A DNA stretch of 53,562 nucleotides, filler included, from Streblomastix strix (taxonomy: Eukaryota), in NCBI GenBank assembly GCA_008636045.1. It is 3 parts of 3 records of this genome, joined end to end, with 100 filler letters (N's around TTAATTAATTAA, not from the genome) between each part and the next. Parts side by side here need not be neighbours in the genome. Positions count along the whole stretch, not along the records: positions 1 to 17,789 come from SNRW01000673.1; positions 17,890 to 35,676 come from SNRW01000674.1; 1 more part is not named here. One strand, given 5' to 3'. This document shows, in pieces, positions 12,670 through 25,512 of the stretch. The notes below the pieces were generated by a model. It made no database searches and was not told the DNA's origin. It saw only the letters and a program-made list of their open reading frames with translations. The first letter of the stretch is position 1. The number at the start of each line of letters is the position of its first letter. The position numbers and the translations under genes are program-made.

Positions 12670-14760
12670 AGAACCAACAAAACGAGCATATATCGAATTG
12701 AATTATGCAACTTATGATAACGAAATAAAAAGGGCTCGCGAAACTGATAAAAAAACTTCAAAACATAAATTCTCTTAAGACTTTATAACTAAAAAAATAT
12801 CTAGGATCAATACGATAATCGAATCTTCCGCTTTACAGATAGTAAAGGAGTAATATATAAATTTTGTGAAAAATTACATCAGTTACTAAGAAAAAGAATT
12901 AAGAATATATTATATCAGAAGGATGACCGGATTAAAGAAAATAACTAAGAAATCAAATTAAATTTTATTCTTATTCTGATACTATTGGAATTAAAGAAAT
13001 ATAATCAAATTCTTCTTTATTTTAATAAGCTAAAATGAAATAAGAAGAAATGATTTAAAGTGCAGCTGACCAATTTTAACAAATATATTAGGTAGTGTAT
13101 GGGGAAATGGCTAACGATTATTTTAAATCATTATAAGAACTATTTAATGAGATTATGAAACAATCAAAATATTCTTATTTCTGACATTGCTCTTATGAAG
13201 CAACATACAACATAATTAAATGAATTTCGAATTTCATTTCGATTGAAATTAAGCAAGAAATCAAACTTTCAGGGCTTTTTCGATTATTTATTGATTAAAG
13301 CACTGATATGTCATCCTTTAATCAATTTTCTACATTTATTAGATACATATGGCGAGATAAATAGATATTTTCATCATTTCTTGACATGCGACCATTATCG
13401 AGGTTAGAAGCAACTACTGATAATCTATTTGCTACCTTTTTATTGAAATGAGCAAAGACCAAGACTCAAAACTTGAAAGATTTAATAAGAAAATGTGTAG
13501 ATGGAGCATCTAACATGATTGGATGTCAACACTCAATGACATCGAAAATTGCAGAAAAATTCCAATCAGTTATTTTTGTACACTGTGCCGCACATAGATT
13601 AAACTTAGATTCTCTAGATTCTATCAATTCAAAAGATTTACAATCATTTCGACATGCTGAAGCAGTTGTTTGACAATTAAAGCTCTTTTTGCTGCATCCC
13701 GGTTACACGCTGCTATTTTTGCTGAAATTTAAAGCTTAAACGAAGAAGATCATCTCAAGTTAAAAAAAGTTCTACTTACAAGATGGCTGTCCTGTTGGGA
13801 ATCAGTTGTTGCTGCCATAATAGATGTACAGTTAATACTGATTGCTCCTGAAAGAATTTGTAATACTAAATTTGATTCGACTGCACATGAATTGTTAAAT
13901 TAAACTAAAAAGAAACAATTCATATTTTGCCTATTCATTTTGAGATTTGTACTTTAACAACTGAAGATTCTTTCAAAAATTTTTTAACAGAGAACATTAA
14001 CATTTGATTAAATACCTGCGTCAATTTAAACTTGTAAAGACGAATTAATGACGATTAAAATTTCATAAGAAATTAATGAATAAACCATAAAACAGTTGTT
14101 AATTTATGAAGTTGAACTTTGAAAGCTAATTTAGAATGATGCTAAATAAAGAGAGTAAAATAGAAAATAGTCACGGAAAAAATTGATAAAAAAGAAAAAA
14201 TTAGAATTCAAAAAGAAAATTTTGAATTGTAAGAAATTTCAGAAACTTGTAAATTAAATCTGGATGAAACAAATTGGTAATTGAAAATTTCAAACATACA
14301 TATTGATAAAACATTTGAAAATATCATCAAAAGACTCGATAATTAGAGATTCATTTCAAACTTTTACATTTTAAATCCAAAATTTACATCATTTATTAAA
14401 AACAATGAAGGTTATGGAATAAATGAAGTCTCAGTTCTGAAGTCCAATTTCAACAGATAATTATAACATCTGAAAGATGAAAATGTTCAAAAGCAATGCA
14501 GAGCAACCAAATAATAGCTAATTCTAAATTTGAATTAATTAGTAACAAACCAAGCTTGCTTGAAAATTATTACTTACCTGTCCTATACAATCTTTCCCGC
14601 TTTTCAGTTTCTAGCACAAGCATGTTTGACGTTGCCTGTTGATATCAGTTGGCCAGAACGTGAGTTTTCTCATATGAAGAGAATCATAATGCCGAGTAGA
14701 AACAGATTAAGGTCCTTTATGCAGTGATTTCTGATGAATATTAAAATGAACGGATGGCGA
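12670..14760 (+). pseudogene. hAT-superfamily transposase (ZNF862/ZMYM-like), decayed
   Basis: LLIDQSTDMS (~13288), CVDGASNMIG (~13495), VHCAAHRLNL (~13578), LTRWLS (~13775), TLPVDISWPEREFSHMKRI...SRNRL (hAT dimerisation domain, ~14630-14710); several TGA stops and frameshifts. Ends approximate. Confidence 0.88.
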
Positions 14761-15942
14761 AAATTAACAAATTCAAAAGCATTAGAGTTTGCGTAATTAT
14801 GGTACATAGAAAAGGGTAGACGTACATCTTTGAAAATTCATCAGAACCTAACTCAGAAGAAGTATCTACTCGTTTTAAATAATTTAAATTTAATATTAAT
14901 AAAGTTAATAAGTTTATTTTTGTAATTTTTTTTATTGTAATTAAAACGAATAGGTGCAATAAGTAAAATTGAAATGCAACAAGTGATTTGTTGCAAAAGA
15001 GAACACTGATTGAAAATTATAATAAATGTAATTATTTTAAATTCAAACAAGTTCGATTAATAAATATACTTCTGTTGCATTAAAAATTAAATTCAATCTT
15101 TTTTGATGTATGTTTGATGAATATTTTATTATATTAATTGAGGATGTCAATTCTGAATATTATCTTTATCTATTTTTTCGATTTCTTTGAAACGCATCTA
15201 ATTTCAATATTTACGATTCTTAAAAAAATTTGAAAAATATAGTTATAATTGAATTGTTAAAAAATTAATAAATATATTTACAGTTCAAATAATTTTGAGT
15301 AAAATAAATATATTTTTTAAATAATTATTAAAGTTTTGTTAGAGTATGTTGAAATGTAAAAATTATACTAAAATAGGTAAATAATATAAATTATAAAAAA
15401 AATTTAAAATTTGTAGAAAAATATGAATAGACAATATTAATTTGCATTTTTAAAATTAAATTAATATTGTGAGGATATTTTATGATGGATTAAGAGATTT
15501 TTTAATTTTAAATAAATAAATATAATAAAATACAACAAATAAAATCAATAATTTGAATTTTTATTGTTGGTACAGTTGAATAAGCGAGAGATTAAGTAAT
15601 ATAATAAAAACCATTATAATCTTTAATTGAAACAATTATATCTTTAAGAAAATAGCTACAAATTTTTCATAATTGTAATTTGAATTTCAATTAATTAGTT
15701 TAAACTTCGTTTTATTGATATTGTCTAAAATCATATTCTCCTTAATTTTCACAGTTATAATTATTTTAAATGTTTAATGCGATACTTACTCACTTTTGAA
15801 ATAAAAAATTTAATTGAAAGCGGGATTTTAAATGTTAGACAACTTCATTGAATTGAAATTGCTTGTTAATAATATGCTTACCATTTAAACATCAAATAAA
15901 CAATTAATAAATTTTTATTTTATTTTATAACATTAATTTTTG

Positions 15943-16771
15943 TAGGGCTGGCAGAAAATCCCGGCCTTGCCCGGAAAAGCCGGGTTTTGATTTATATTGA
16001 CCCGGCCTACCCCGGGCTATTCAATAAAAATTAATAAAGAAAAAAAATTTGAAAAAAAATATATTTTTAATTGAATGTTTTAACTAATAAAATTATTCTA
16101 TTTTAACATTATATTTAATATATATATGAATTCTTAAATATATTTTACGAAATTTTCTCTCAGTGAGGAATTAGTGTTTTTTATTTTTTGTCAAATTATG
16201 ATGAATCAGATCATCAAATGTTATTATTTTGTGAATATAATTATTTAATAATATGTTTTATATTCATTTTTTCAGAGCATAAGTATATTTTAATTTTGTA
16301 CAAGTATAAAAAGTTAAGGATATTTTTAAGAAAGAAAAATAATTACCATGATAAATAATGAAATAAATTCAGACAATCATTTCTAAAAAAATATATTTTT
16401 TAATTTATTAATTCAAACAATTAAAACAAAATTATAATATGAATAAAGCTAAAATTAGTATTAAAATAAAACCTTGCAACAGAACCAGTTAAAACATAAA
16501 TTCTTTTTAATAATAAACTAATATAACTTATAACAATAAATGAAGTGAGAATAAACAGAAATAAATAAGTTTAAAGCATTCTCACTCCTTAAAATAGTAG
16601 AAATAAAAAAAATATTAATTTCTGGTAGTTCGCACTTCTCCATGGTTAGGACATCAAATATATATCATACATATATTGTTATATCATATTAATATAAAAT
16701 TAAGAGCCGGAAATAGCCGCGTATGGCTGGGCCAGAAATGCCTATTTTTTGGCAAAATTTCACCAGGTCTA
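15943..16771. mobile_element. Non-autonomous hAT MITE (829 bp)
   Basis: Starts TAGGGCTGG and ends CCAGGTCTA. Perfect 8-bp TSD AATTTTTG at 15935-15942 and 16772-16779. GC-rich CCGG-type subterminal motifs at both ends around an AT-rich core. Confidence 0.8.
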
Positions 16772-16782
16772 AATTTTTGTTA

Positions 16783-17789
16783 ATGATTTTAGACATTGCT
16801 TTACTTAAATATCTTTTGACGAAATTATTAATTCTTCTTGTATATTTCTTGATTATTGGCGTCTTTTCATTGCGAAGTAACGAGTTCGGACTAAGTACGG
16901 ATTGTGAAGATATATTAAAATCAAATGATAATATAATAACAAACTTAAACCTAAATTTTGCTGCCAGAGGCGATGGTTCAAAAATTCAACCTTTCAATTC
17001 AATTTAAACTGCACTAGAATAATCAACTCATTAATATTGGTTAAATATATGCTAAATTATTATTCTAGAAGACATTTAAGAAGAAGTTAGCATCAAAGGG
17101 TTAATAAGCACCAAATGGAACTAAATACATTTTAATGGCCAACCAAATTAATTAAAATAAAAGAAAGTCTGGCGAAGTTCATCATTAACATACAACGATC
17201 CAGCTCTATTTGTAGACGCCTGTGATGGCAACACCAGCTCACAACTCAAATTGATGCTTCAGATCCAAAATTTCACAATCCGCTTTGCAAATACAGCGCC
17301 AACATACCCCTATATTGTAGAATTATAACAACCACCAACACTTATACACATATAATCATTATCATATGAAATACAGACATCTGAGGTCAATCTTGCCTAT
17401 TGTGATGTGCGTGGTAGAGAGATAGGAGTGTATGGAGCTATGTTTCATGTAGAATAAGGAGATGTGTCAATATACAACTGCACTTTCAGAGGACCTGAAT
17501 CTGTTTATGATCTTTCATCTACACCTCAATATCATGAAATACTGCGAAGAACAGCTGCTGTATATTTAGGTATTAAATGCAACTAAATATACATTAGTAA
17601 TACATAATACTATGAACTATACCAACGCGCTAATCAAGTGAGCAATGATTCAAGTAATGCATCTAGAGGTGTAGCTATTACTTTTAAAAGAGGGTTATCA
17701 AAAGATAAATTCATTCAACTTTTCAATGTTTCATTTGAGAGATGCTGGGATGTGACAACCTACTTGTCAGGGACAGCCACATCTGCATG
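16783..17789 (+). CDS. Secreted/surface right-handed beta-helix-like protein, 3'-truncated at contig end
   Basis: No TGA in frame up to the gap. Hydrophobic signal-like KLLILLVYFLIIGVFS, cap motif GDGSKIQPFNSIQTALE, rungs like VSIYNCTF. Start uncertain (in-frame ATGs at 16723, 16738, 16783). Confidence 0.7.
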
Positions 17790-17889
17790 NNNNNNNNNNN
17801 NNNNNNNNNNNNNNNNNNNNNNNNNNNNNNNNNTTAATTAATTAANNNNNNNNNNNNNNNNNNNNNNNNNNNNNNNNNNNNNNNNNNNN
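17790..17889. other. Artificial contig-joining linker
   Basis: 44 N + TTAATTAATTAA + 44 N; identical to the linker at 35677. Confidence 0.95.
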
Positions 17890-20800
17890 CTGCTTCAGAT
17901 CCTTCAACAGATATAGCTCCAGATCTCCATCCAATGAATTATGAATTATCAATATTTATTGTTCCTCCTGTTACATGAATCAATGATGAATCCCAGTTGC
18001 ATATCTAATTATCATCATTATTATTCTAACCAAGCATTTATATATCATCTACATTCAATGGTCCTTTAAAGATAGAGTTAATTATCTAAATATTACTTGA
18101 TGCATCAAAATTGGTTAATCCAGGAGCATCACTATATGAATAGTCAATGAGAAGCTTGTTTTGGAATTCAGAATCAACAGTTATCTCAATGTCCTTCAAT
18201 GTCATGAATCCACCATTTACAGTAAATATTCCAACTTCATTTGGAGTGTTGGCATCATTAAGGCTTATTGAAGCTCTTGGGTTTAAAGAACTATCAGCCT
18301 TCTGAATTGTAAGTGATGTTAGAATTGTGATTGAATTACTGATTAGTGTGGAATCATTGATGTAAATTATACCTTAATCTTATCTCTTTAGATGTTCATA
18401 TGCATAATCGATAGTCAAACATGGATATTGAGGTCTTCCACACCATATTTCATTATGCCCTTTCTTATTGTACTCTTCTCCTGTAAGTTGTCCTACATAT
18501 ACAATACTTGATGAATAAACTGTAACAAACATTGATAAGTCAATATTAGGATCATAAGAATCACTTCCTGCATAACTATGAACAAAACAACTGGAATGTT
18601 ATATCTCTGAAGACAATTCATTTATTCCATCTAATTTGATTAAATTGTATATAACTGCTTAAATAAAATTGCCTTCTTATAAGTTAATGAACAAGCTTTA
18701 CTAATATTAATCACTGGATTATGTACCACATTCAGGATTGGGAGAATTAATTGATTATAATACTCTGTTGTTTGAGAAAATTACATTATCAAACTTTATT
18801 AATGTTCCAATTGTAGAATAATCATTAATCTCATCACCTTTGATGTTGATCAGTAATGCTCCTCCTTAATATCCATTCTCAACTACATTATCAGTGAATT
18901 AGGTATCAGTGAATGTTGCTGTGCTTTAAATATCAAGATTTACTCTTATTGCAGATCCTCCAGTTCCATGAGAGATAATACTAACAAATCTTGAATTGAT
19001 AACATCAACTGATACTCCTTCATCAACTAAGAATGCATGTTCATTGAATTAACCATTAGTTACATTAATACTATCTAATATTAGTTTCGATAATCTTTCA
19101 GTTAAGTGAACAAAGATTTGTGTATGATCAATTCCTTCAAAGTCAATTTCAAGATTCTGAAGAGTAAGTGATTTACTTACTGAGATGATGGATGTAGATA
19201 AAGAATCTGATTCTTTACTAACATATAAATTAGCTGGAGTATCTCTTGCACTGTTTATTGTAAGATCAGCTTATTTAGATTATGCAATAAGACCATTACT
19301 GTCAATATTAGCTTGTGTTATAATTCGAAGAGTCAATGAAGGTCCTGAATTGAATCGCCCATAAGCATATTACATAGTTGCACAATGGAAAGGTGTATCT
19401 TATCCACACCAATCTCTATCATATCCTCTCTAAGATACAGGATCAGTAACTGAAGATACATAAATTGTATCAAAATATTTACCACCTCTTAAATTGTTGA
19501 GTGGAATTGGTGTATTGTCAATACTTCCATCAAGATCTAAGAATCTACCATAACTCGTATAATCAGGAGAATCATCAAATAATTTTACAATGTTTGGATC
19601 AAAGTTTTCTCTGATGTTGCTTATCTCAAAATATACATCTGGTCCATGTTCGTTATCATATGCACCATTACCACTAAAAGCAACATCATTAATCAATAAG
19701 TTATTCTTATATGTACTCTCAGCTCCTGAATATACTTTAATATATATTGCACTTCCAAATTCTCTATTATTTAAAGTATCAACTTTACAGTTTCTGATGA
19801 TTCCTCCAGATATTTTGAATGTATCCAGACCATCAGATAGAATCTAAGCATTGATTATTGTACCATTGCGTGTAGATGAACTAAAGTTGACGAAGTTAGA
19901 ATCTGTTATTATTAATGAATTCTTTAAAGGAGCTATAACTGGATATGTTTGTAAGATTGAATAAGAAGGCGAAACTCTAATTTGTTATTATCCAATGAAG
20001 TCAGATCTTATTATTGTAACTGAACCTCCTCTAAGTTTAATAATTGGACTAATAGAACCAGTAGGATTTATTACTCTTATTTAACTATCAGTGATTGAAA
20101 GTGATTATGCACCATCAACATAGAAGAAGGATAAAGTCTCTAACTGTTGTGTATATTCAATAGTTATATTCTATACATTAACAACTCCAGTTGAATTAAG
20201 ATAGAACAGATTTTATTTATCATTGATTATATTACTTGTGAATGTGATTTTTACTTATCCTTTTTGATCTTATCCTATTAGCTCAAATTACTCACTATTG
20301 GATGTGAGATTGGTTTCCTAATCAAATACTGAAGTGTATGCATATGCATATATTCGAGATATTCTTGCAAATCCTGAATCTGTAGGTCCAATTCTTGTTC
20401 TTGTAAAAGTAATTGTTTTGCATGGATTATCAATTGATCCACATTCTTCATTATCTTCTCCATTATCTGCATCTGCAAATCCAAATCCTCCAGTTTCAGA
20501 GTTTATTTGAGATCTTTCATCAAAATCTCCAATTCCTGGTTCAATATAAACTTTAATGGATTTTGATGTAGATGTGCTTCCTTATAAGAATCCTGAAAGC
20601 GATGAATCTTATCCAAATAAGACATTATATATATTGAAGTCGGTTCCTTTGTATTTCTAAACATCACCAACAAATACAGTTCCATCAACTCTATTTGAGA
20701 AGAGTGATATATTCTTGATATTTAATCTGATATTGAATTAATTAATATAAAATACTCCTCCTCCATCTGATGCATAATTCCTTTCAAATCGATCTCCACT

Positions 20801-22993
20801 TATATTCAAATAACTGATACTTGGAGTATTTGTATAGAATTCAAAGTAGAATACTCCTCCTTTACCATGTCCATTGTCTATTCTAACATTTCTGAATATG
20901 TTATTAGAAACTATGAAGTTACTATTACCTGCAATATAATGAGCATATACAGCTCCACCATATAATATATCAGATGATTAATTCCGGAATGACACTGATG
21001 TAATATTCTCAAAAGTACTTCCTTTTATTGTAACATCTGAGCGAGTTAAAGATGATTCAAAATTTAATACAGATCCTCCAATAGAAGATATTCCTAGTTG
21101 TTATAATTAAATATTTGTGAATATGGAATCTGTTATTGTTAAAGGAGAATTAACTGCTTTGATAATACCACCATTACGGCTGGATGTTGAATATGTTACA
21201 ACTCTATCAATATCTGCACGTGTCATTGTTAATTATGAATATGTGACTGATATAATCTCTCCTATTTATTATATATTAGATTATTCAAATATGAACTTCA
21301 CATCTGTAAATATCAATGAACTACTATCAACTACTTTGAATAGTGTAGCTTCGGTTATAATTGCTGCATCTCCAAATACACTTTCTTTAATTTCAATCTC
21401 GCTTTAATTTATATTCAATTAGCCTCCATTTAAATCAAACAATCGAGCAGATCTTGTTCTGTCTGTCTTGAAATCAATCTCAGTGAAATATACATTCAAT
21501 AATCTAACTGTCAGGAATGATCCAATATCTCCAGATGATACATAATCACTGTCTCTTTTGAATCCATACATCGGAATATAAATTCTTTCACTATTCTGTT
21601 TAGATGACTTCCCTTCAATTCTAATCACTTAATCTTAGTTTGAAGATGATCTGGATCTTGAAATAGTCTTCCTTTCCTCCAGTTGTGTATTTCCAACAAG
21701 TTTCAATGATTAATATGTTCCACTATTAATCAGATCAATACCAACATTAAATAGTGAACAGGGAGTATCATGGTTACCACATGGAACTGATATCTTAGAT
21801 GAATCGCCTTATCCAATATATACTACAGAATCAGAAGGAAGAATTCCTGGAGTAATATAATCACCAAGATATAGACTTTCTTATCCTTCTGTATTACCAC
21901 GGAAATATATATCATTTCTAATTTCATTGATCTGCTCATAATCAGCGAAATTAACTCCAAAGTGTGATTCTTCTATACAACTACGAATGTTACTATCAGT
22001 CACTAAGTATATTGCATATCCTTCATCTGCTGAACAATCTACGAATTATAATTCAGTGAATATGAAGTCAGTTGCCCATGGAGTTCCATATGTATGAGTT
22101 TGTATGAAAATAGCTCCACCTTTAGAAATGTATTATTATTGTTCTTATGATCCAACATCTGAGTTCTCAAAGTAACACTTTCGTAAGCGCAGTTCTCCTC
22201 CTTAATAAATCTCAACTGCAATGGATCCACCATTAAGAACTGAATCATCATTCTTATGCGAATGAGAGTTAATGATATTGACTGTATCAAATAATACCAA
22301 TGATTCACGATAGATTTTACCTCCAAGAACTGTTCCACCAAGTTCATCATTATTTTCATCTCCTTCTACTTTATACAGATTACTGAAGTTAGAATTAATG
22401 ACTGTAATGTCACTCCCTCTTTCTGATTGGAAAATATGCCCTTCATTGAAGAATAAATCACCCATAAATGAATCTTCAAAATTGATATGTCCTCTGTTAT
22501 ATGATATAAGTAATGATACATTAAGTTTCCTTCCATCAATACTCAATAATCCTTCATCATTATCAATAGAACTCTATATGATATTCACATATGCATTTGG
22601 TCCATCAACAAGAGCAATAGTAGTTTGTGAGTTCATACCTACAGTTATTCTCATTTAGTATAATGTTGTTTGACTGTTTTGTGAAGCTCTTATCCAACTA
22701 TAGGAGATGTTGCTTGATATAACTCTCACTCGAGGATGATTAAAACCTATCGTCACGTTGCTAATTGTCCGTTCAATTACTTCTGTTTCATTATAAATCT
22801 GCTGAGTTTCAAGTAAAATCTTATCATATCCAGATTTTACAGAAAGGCGCATAAGAGCATATTTGATAGTCTTGCACTGCTAATCATTTTATTTTTCACC
22901 GCATCCTGAAGAATCTGTGCCCCTAGGAGATACATATATGCTCGAAGCGTTTGTAAATTTTACAAAGAGCAAAAATAGTATCAGTTTCAACAA
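17890..22993 (-). CDS. Large (~1700 aa visible) modular beta-helix/PMP-like surface protein, 3'-truncated
   Basis: ORF-track pieces ending 22852, 22546, 21628 and 19696 share one frame joined through TAA/TAG. Signal-like LLKLILFLLFVKFTNA, five YV..G.D...CG....C.TI.YA caps, many GGAI/GGGV rungs. Start codon not identified. Confidence 0.85.
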
Positions 22994-24699
22994 GCTAAAT
23001 GTCCTAATAATAAAAAGAATTTAACAAGAAATAATAATAAAAATATTGAAAGTTGTTTATGCTATAAAACTTGCTGTATTTCGATTTAATACGATGCTTA
23101 TATAATAATAAATAGATAAGTTAATATTTATTTGAAATTAATCACAAATTGTGAAATAGCTTAATAACATGATTAGATTTCAATAATTCAATTTTTTGCA
23201 GCATTCGTTATCTTGTGAATAATTTCAATTGTTTCATAATCATATTTCATTCATATATATTATGTCCAATAAATTGCATACATGCTAATCGATGCAGAAC
23301 GCCTGGAAATTGATTTCCAGCCTCCACAGAGCAATTTTTTTTGCAATGTCCAGACCAATAATCATACTAACCACTTCAATCAACTTAAATTTTTAATTAT
23401 TTATGATGATCAATTGGTAGTGAAAATTTTTAATAAATGATGTGTCTTATATAATAATAAACTTAAAAAAATATTCAAATGCCCTCTTATTGCATCATGT
23501 GTAAGAAAAGAATTAAATGTATTCTATCTATCAGCTTCAAATATTTATATTTCTTTTTATACATTCTTATTATCTTGGTATTTTACAATTGTTTCCACTT
23601 TCTCATTCTCTTTCTTATTTTCATTCATTTTGATCTTCTCATTATTAAGCCCGTCCCCTTATGTCAATCATAGCCTGTTCAGCAGTGATACAAAGACTTG
23701 GATCTTTTTCAAACATTCGCAAAATCAGTATCCTCGTTCTCTCAGGATAGTGAAGTGGCAATTCCGCTGGAGGAAGGGTGGTAACACGACGGATATATTC
23801 TGCTGGTGGCAACTTTTCTTCTGTCTATAAATATTATTAAATAAAAAGAAATTGAAAATAAAAATAATAAAAATAAAAATAAAAATAGAAAAAATAAATT
23901 TTTAAAAAAAAAACATTATCAAAAAATGGATATTTTTTTGAAAGAAGTTGATACAATATAACGCCAAGTGCCCAAATATCTGAAGCTTTTTTTTAATCTG
24001 TGCCTATTTATATAAAAATAATAAAAGTAAGTACAAAACAATATAATATCTATAATATCTTAGACTATCTCATACTTTGTATCATTATCAGCATCTTTTG
24101 AGTTTGAATTTAAAAGCTCAGGAGAGAGAAATAAACTTCATAAAAAGTAAGAAAAAATAAATTATTAATTAAATGAAAAGGAAATTTAGCATACAAAGTA
24201 CCCCCAGAAAATGTTGTTGATTCTCTTCCTAACAAAAGTTGCCTGACATGTCTTAAAAATATATTAAATTAAATAAATAAATTACAATACGGATGGGCAA
24301 AAAAAAGCATAATTTAATAAAAAATCGTATAATTATGGTAAATTTTAATTCCAACTTTTCTTGTGTATAATATTGTAATATTATTATTTTTATGGTTGAA
24401 TTATGATTATAATTGATTTTTTGTTATGTTCCAAACAATAATGATAAAAATAAAAAGCTATGAAAGCTTATCTTGAATAAAAAAAATTTTATTTAAAGCT
24501 GAATTTATTGATCAATTAATTAGTATTTCAAATCATTTCCATTTTTTTATATTTTTAATAAATAGAATGATTATATTTGATTTGAAATTCATACAGGAAT
24601 GGAATAAAGAAAGGGGAACTTGATATTTTAGACAAAATAATATTTATTGAAAACTCTGATGAATGGTATATTTGTATTTATTAATACAACTATATTTAC

Positions 24700-25032
24700 A
24701 CTCTTTTTCTTTCTTGCCCTTATGCTGACATAATGGCACTTACCAATAAATCCGAACCTAACTGTGCGTGGATACTAATCTCCTTCTGAAAAAAGCGGTT
24801 AACCTGGAATGTAAATCTCAATCCTGGTATTGAATATTTATGCGATGGAACCAAACAGGCGACCATCTCTCCACTCACCATCAATTGACATCCTCTTCGC
24901 ATAATCTTCTAAAGATTCTTGCTCATCGAAAAGTCTCTGAATTCTTCTGCATGTGTAAGAAGATTTTGGACTATCATTGTCCGCAATATGTGTACATCAT
25001 GATAAATTCCACCAAGTTAATCATTTAGTGCA
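24700..25032 (-). pseudogene. OTU-family cysteine protease (deubiquitinase) domain exon of the transposon
   Basis: (H)ALNDQLGGIYHDVHILRTMIVQNLLTHAEEFRDF / EQESLEDYAKRMSIDGEWRDG...IEIY...FGFIGKCHYVSI, with one frameshift in a T run at ~24930. Joined to GNCLF by a putative GT-AG intron 25512-25033. Confidence 0.8.
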
Positions 25033-25512
25033 CTGAGTCAATTCCTATGGTATCATTATTATTAGCTTTAGCTGTAACAAAAATAATGGAACTAAATTTT
25101 GCAAATTAAATAATTCATAAATTTCAATGTTTATACATACTTTTTAGGGAAATTTATTTAACAATTATTCCGATATTGCTTCTAAAAATTTAATTCTTCA
25201 TAAATAATTTAAGCTAAAATTAAATTTTTATTTATAATTTTAATTTCTTAAAGATATAAAAAAAATTGGTAATTTTATATTTTCTTTGTAAATAGTTTTA
25301 TTTTTGTTATTTTGAAAAATAGTTACTATTAAATTAATATGTACAGTTCAAATTATGCATATATTGTATTATATTCATCTCCAGTTATCCTGTTTGTTAC
25401 GCATTAATGATACCTTCGGAACTGACCCACTATCAAATGTAAGATTTTTATAATAAAATAAATAATAATTAAATAAATTTTTTAAAAAAATTTATTTTAC
25501 TAATTTTCATAC

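Noticed and set aside
17790..17889. TTAATTAATTAA palindrome within N runs (also 35677-35776)
   Set aside because: Identical synthetic spacer at both gaps. It is not biological, and adjacency across it (e.g. the two converging surface genes) carries no meaning.
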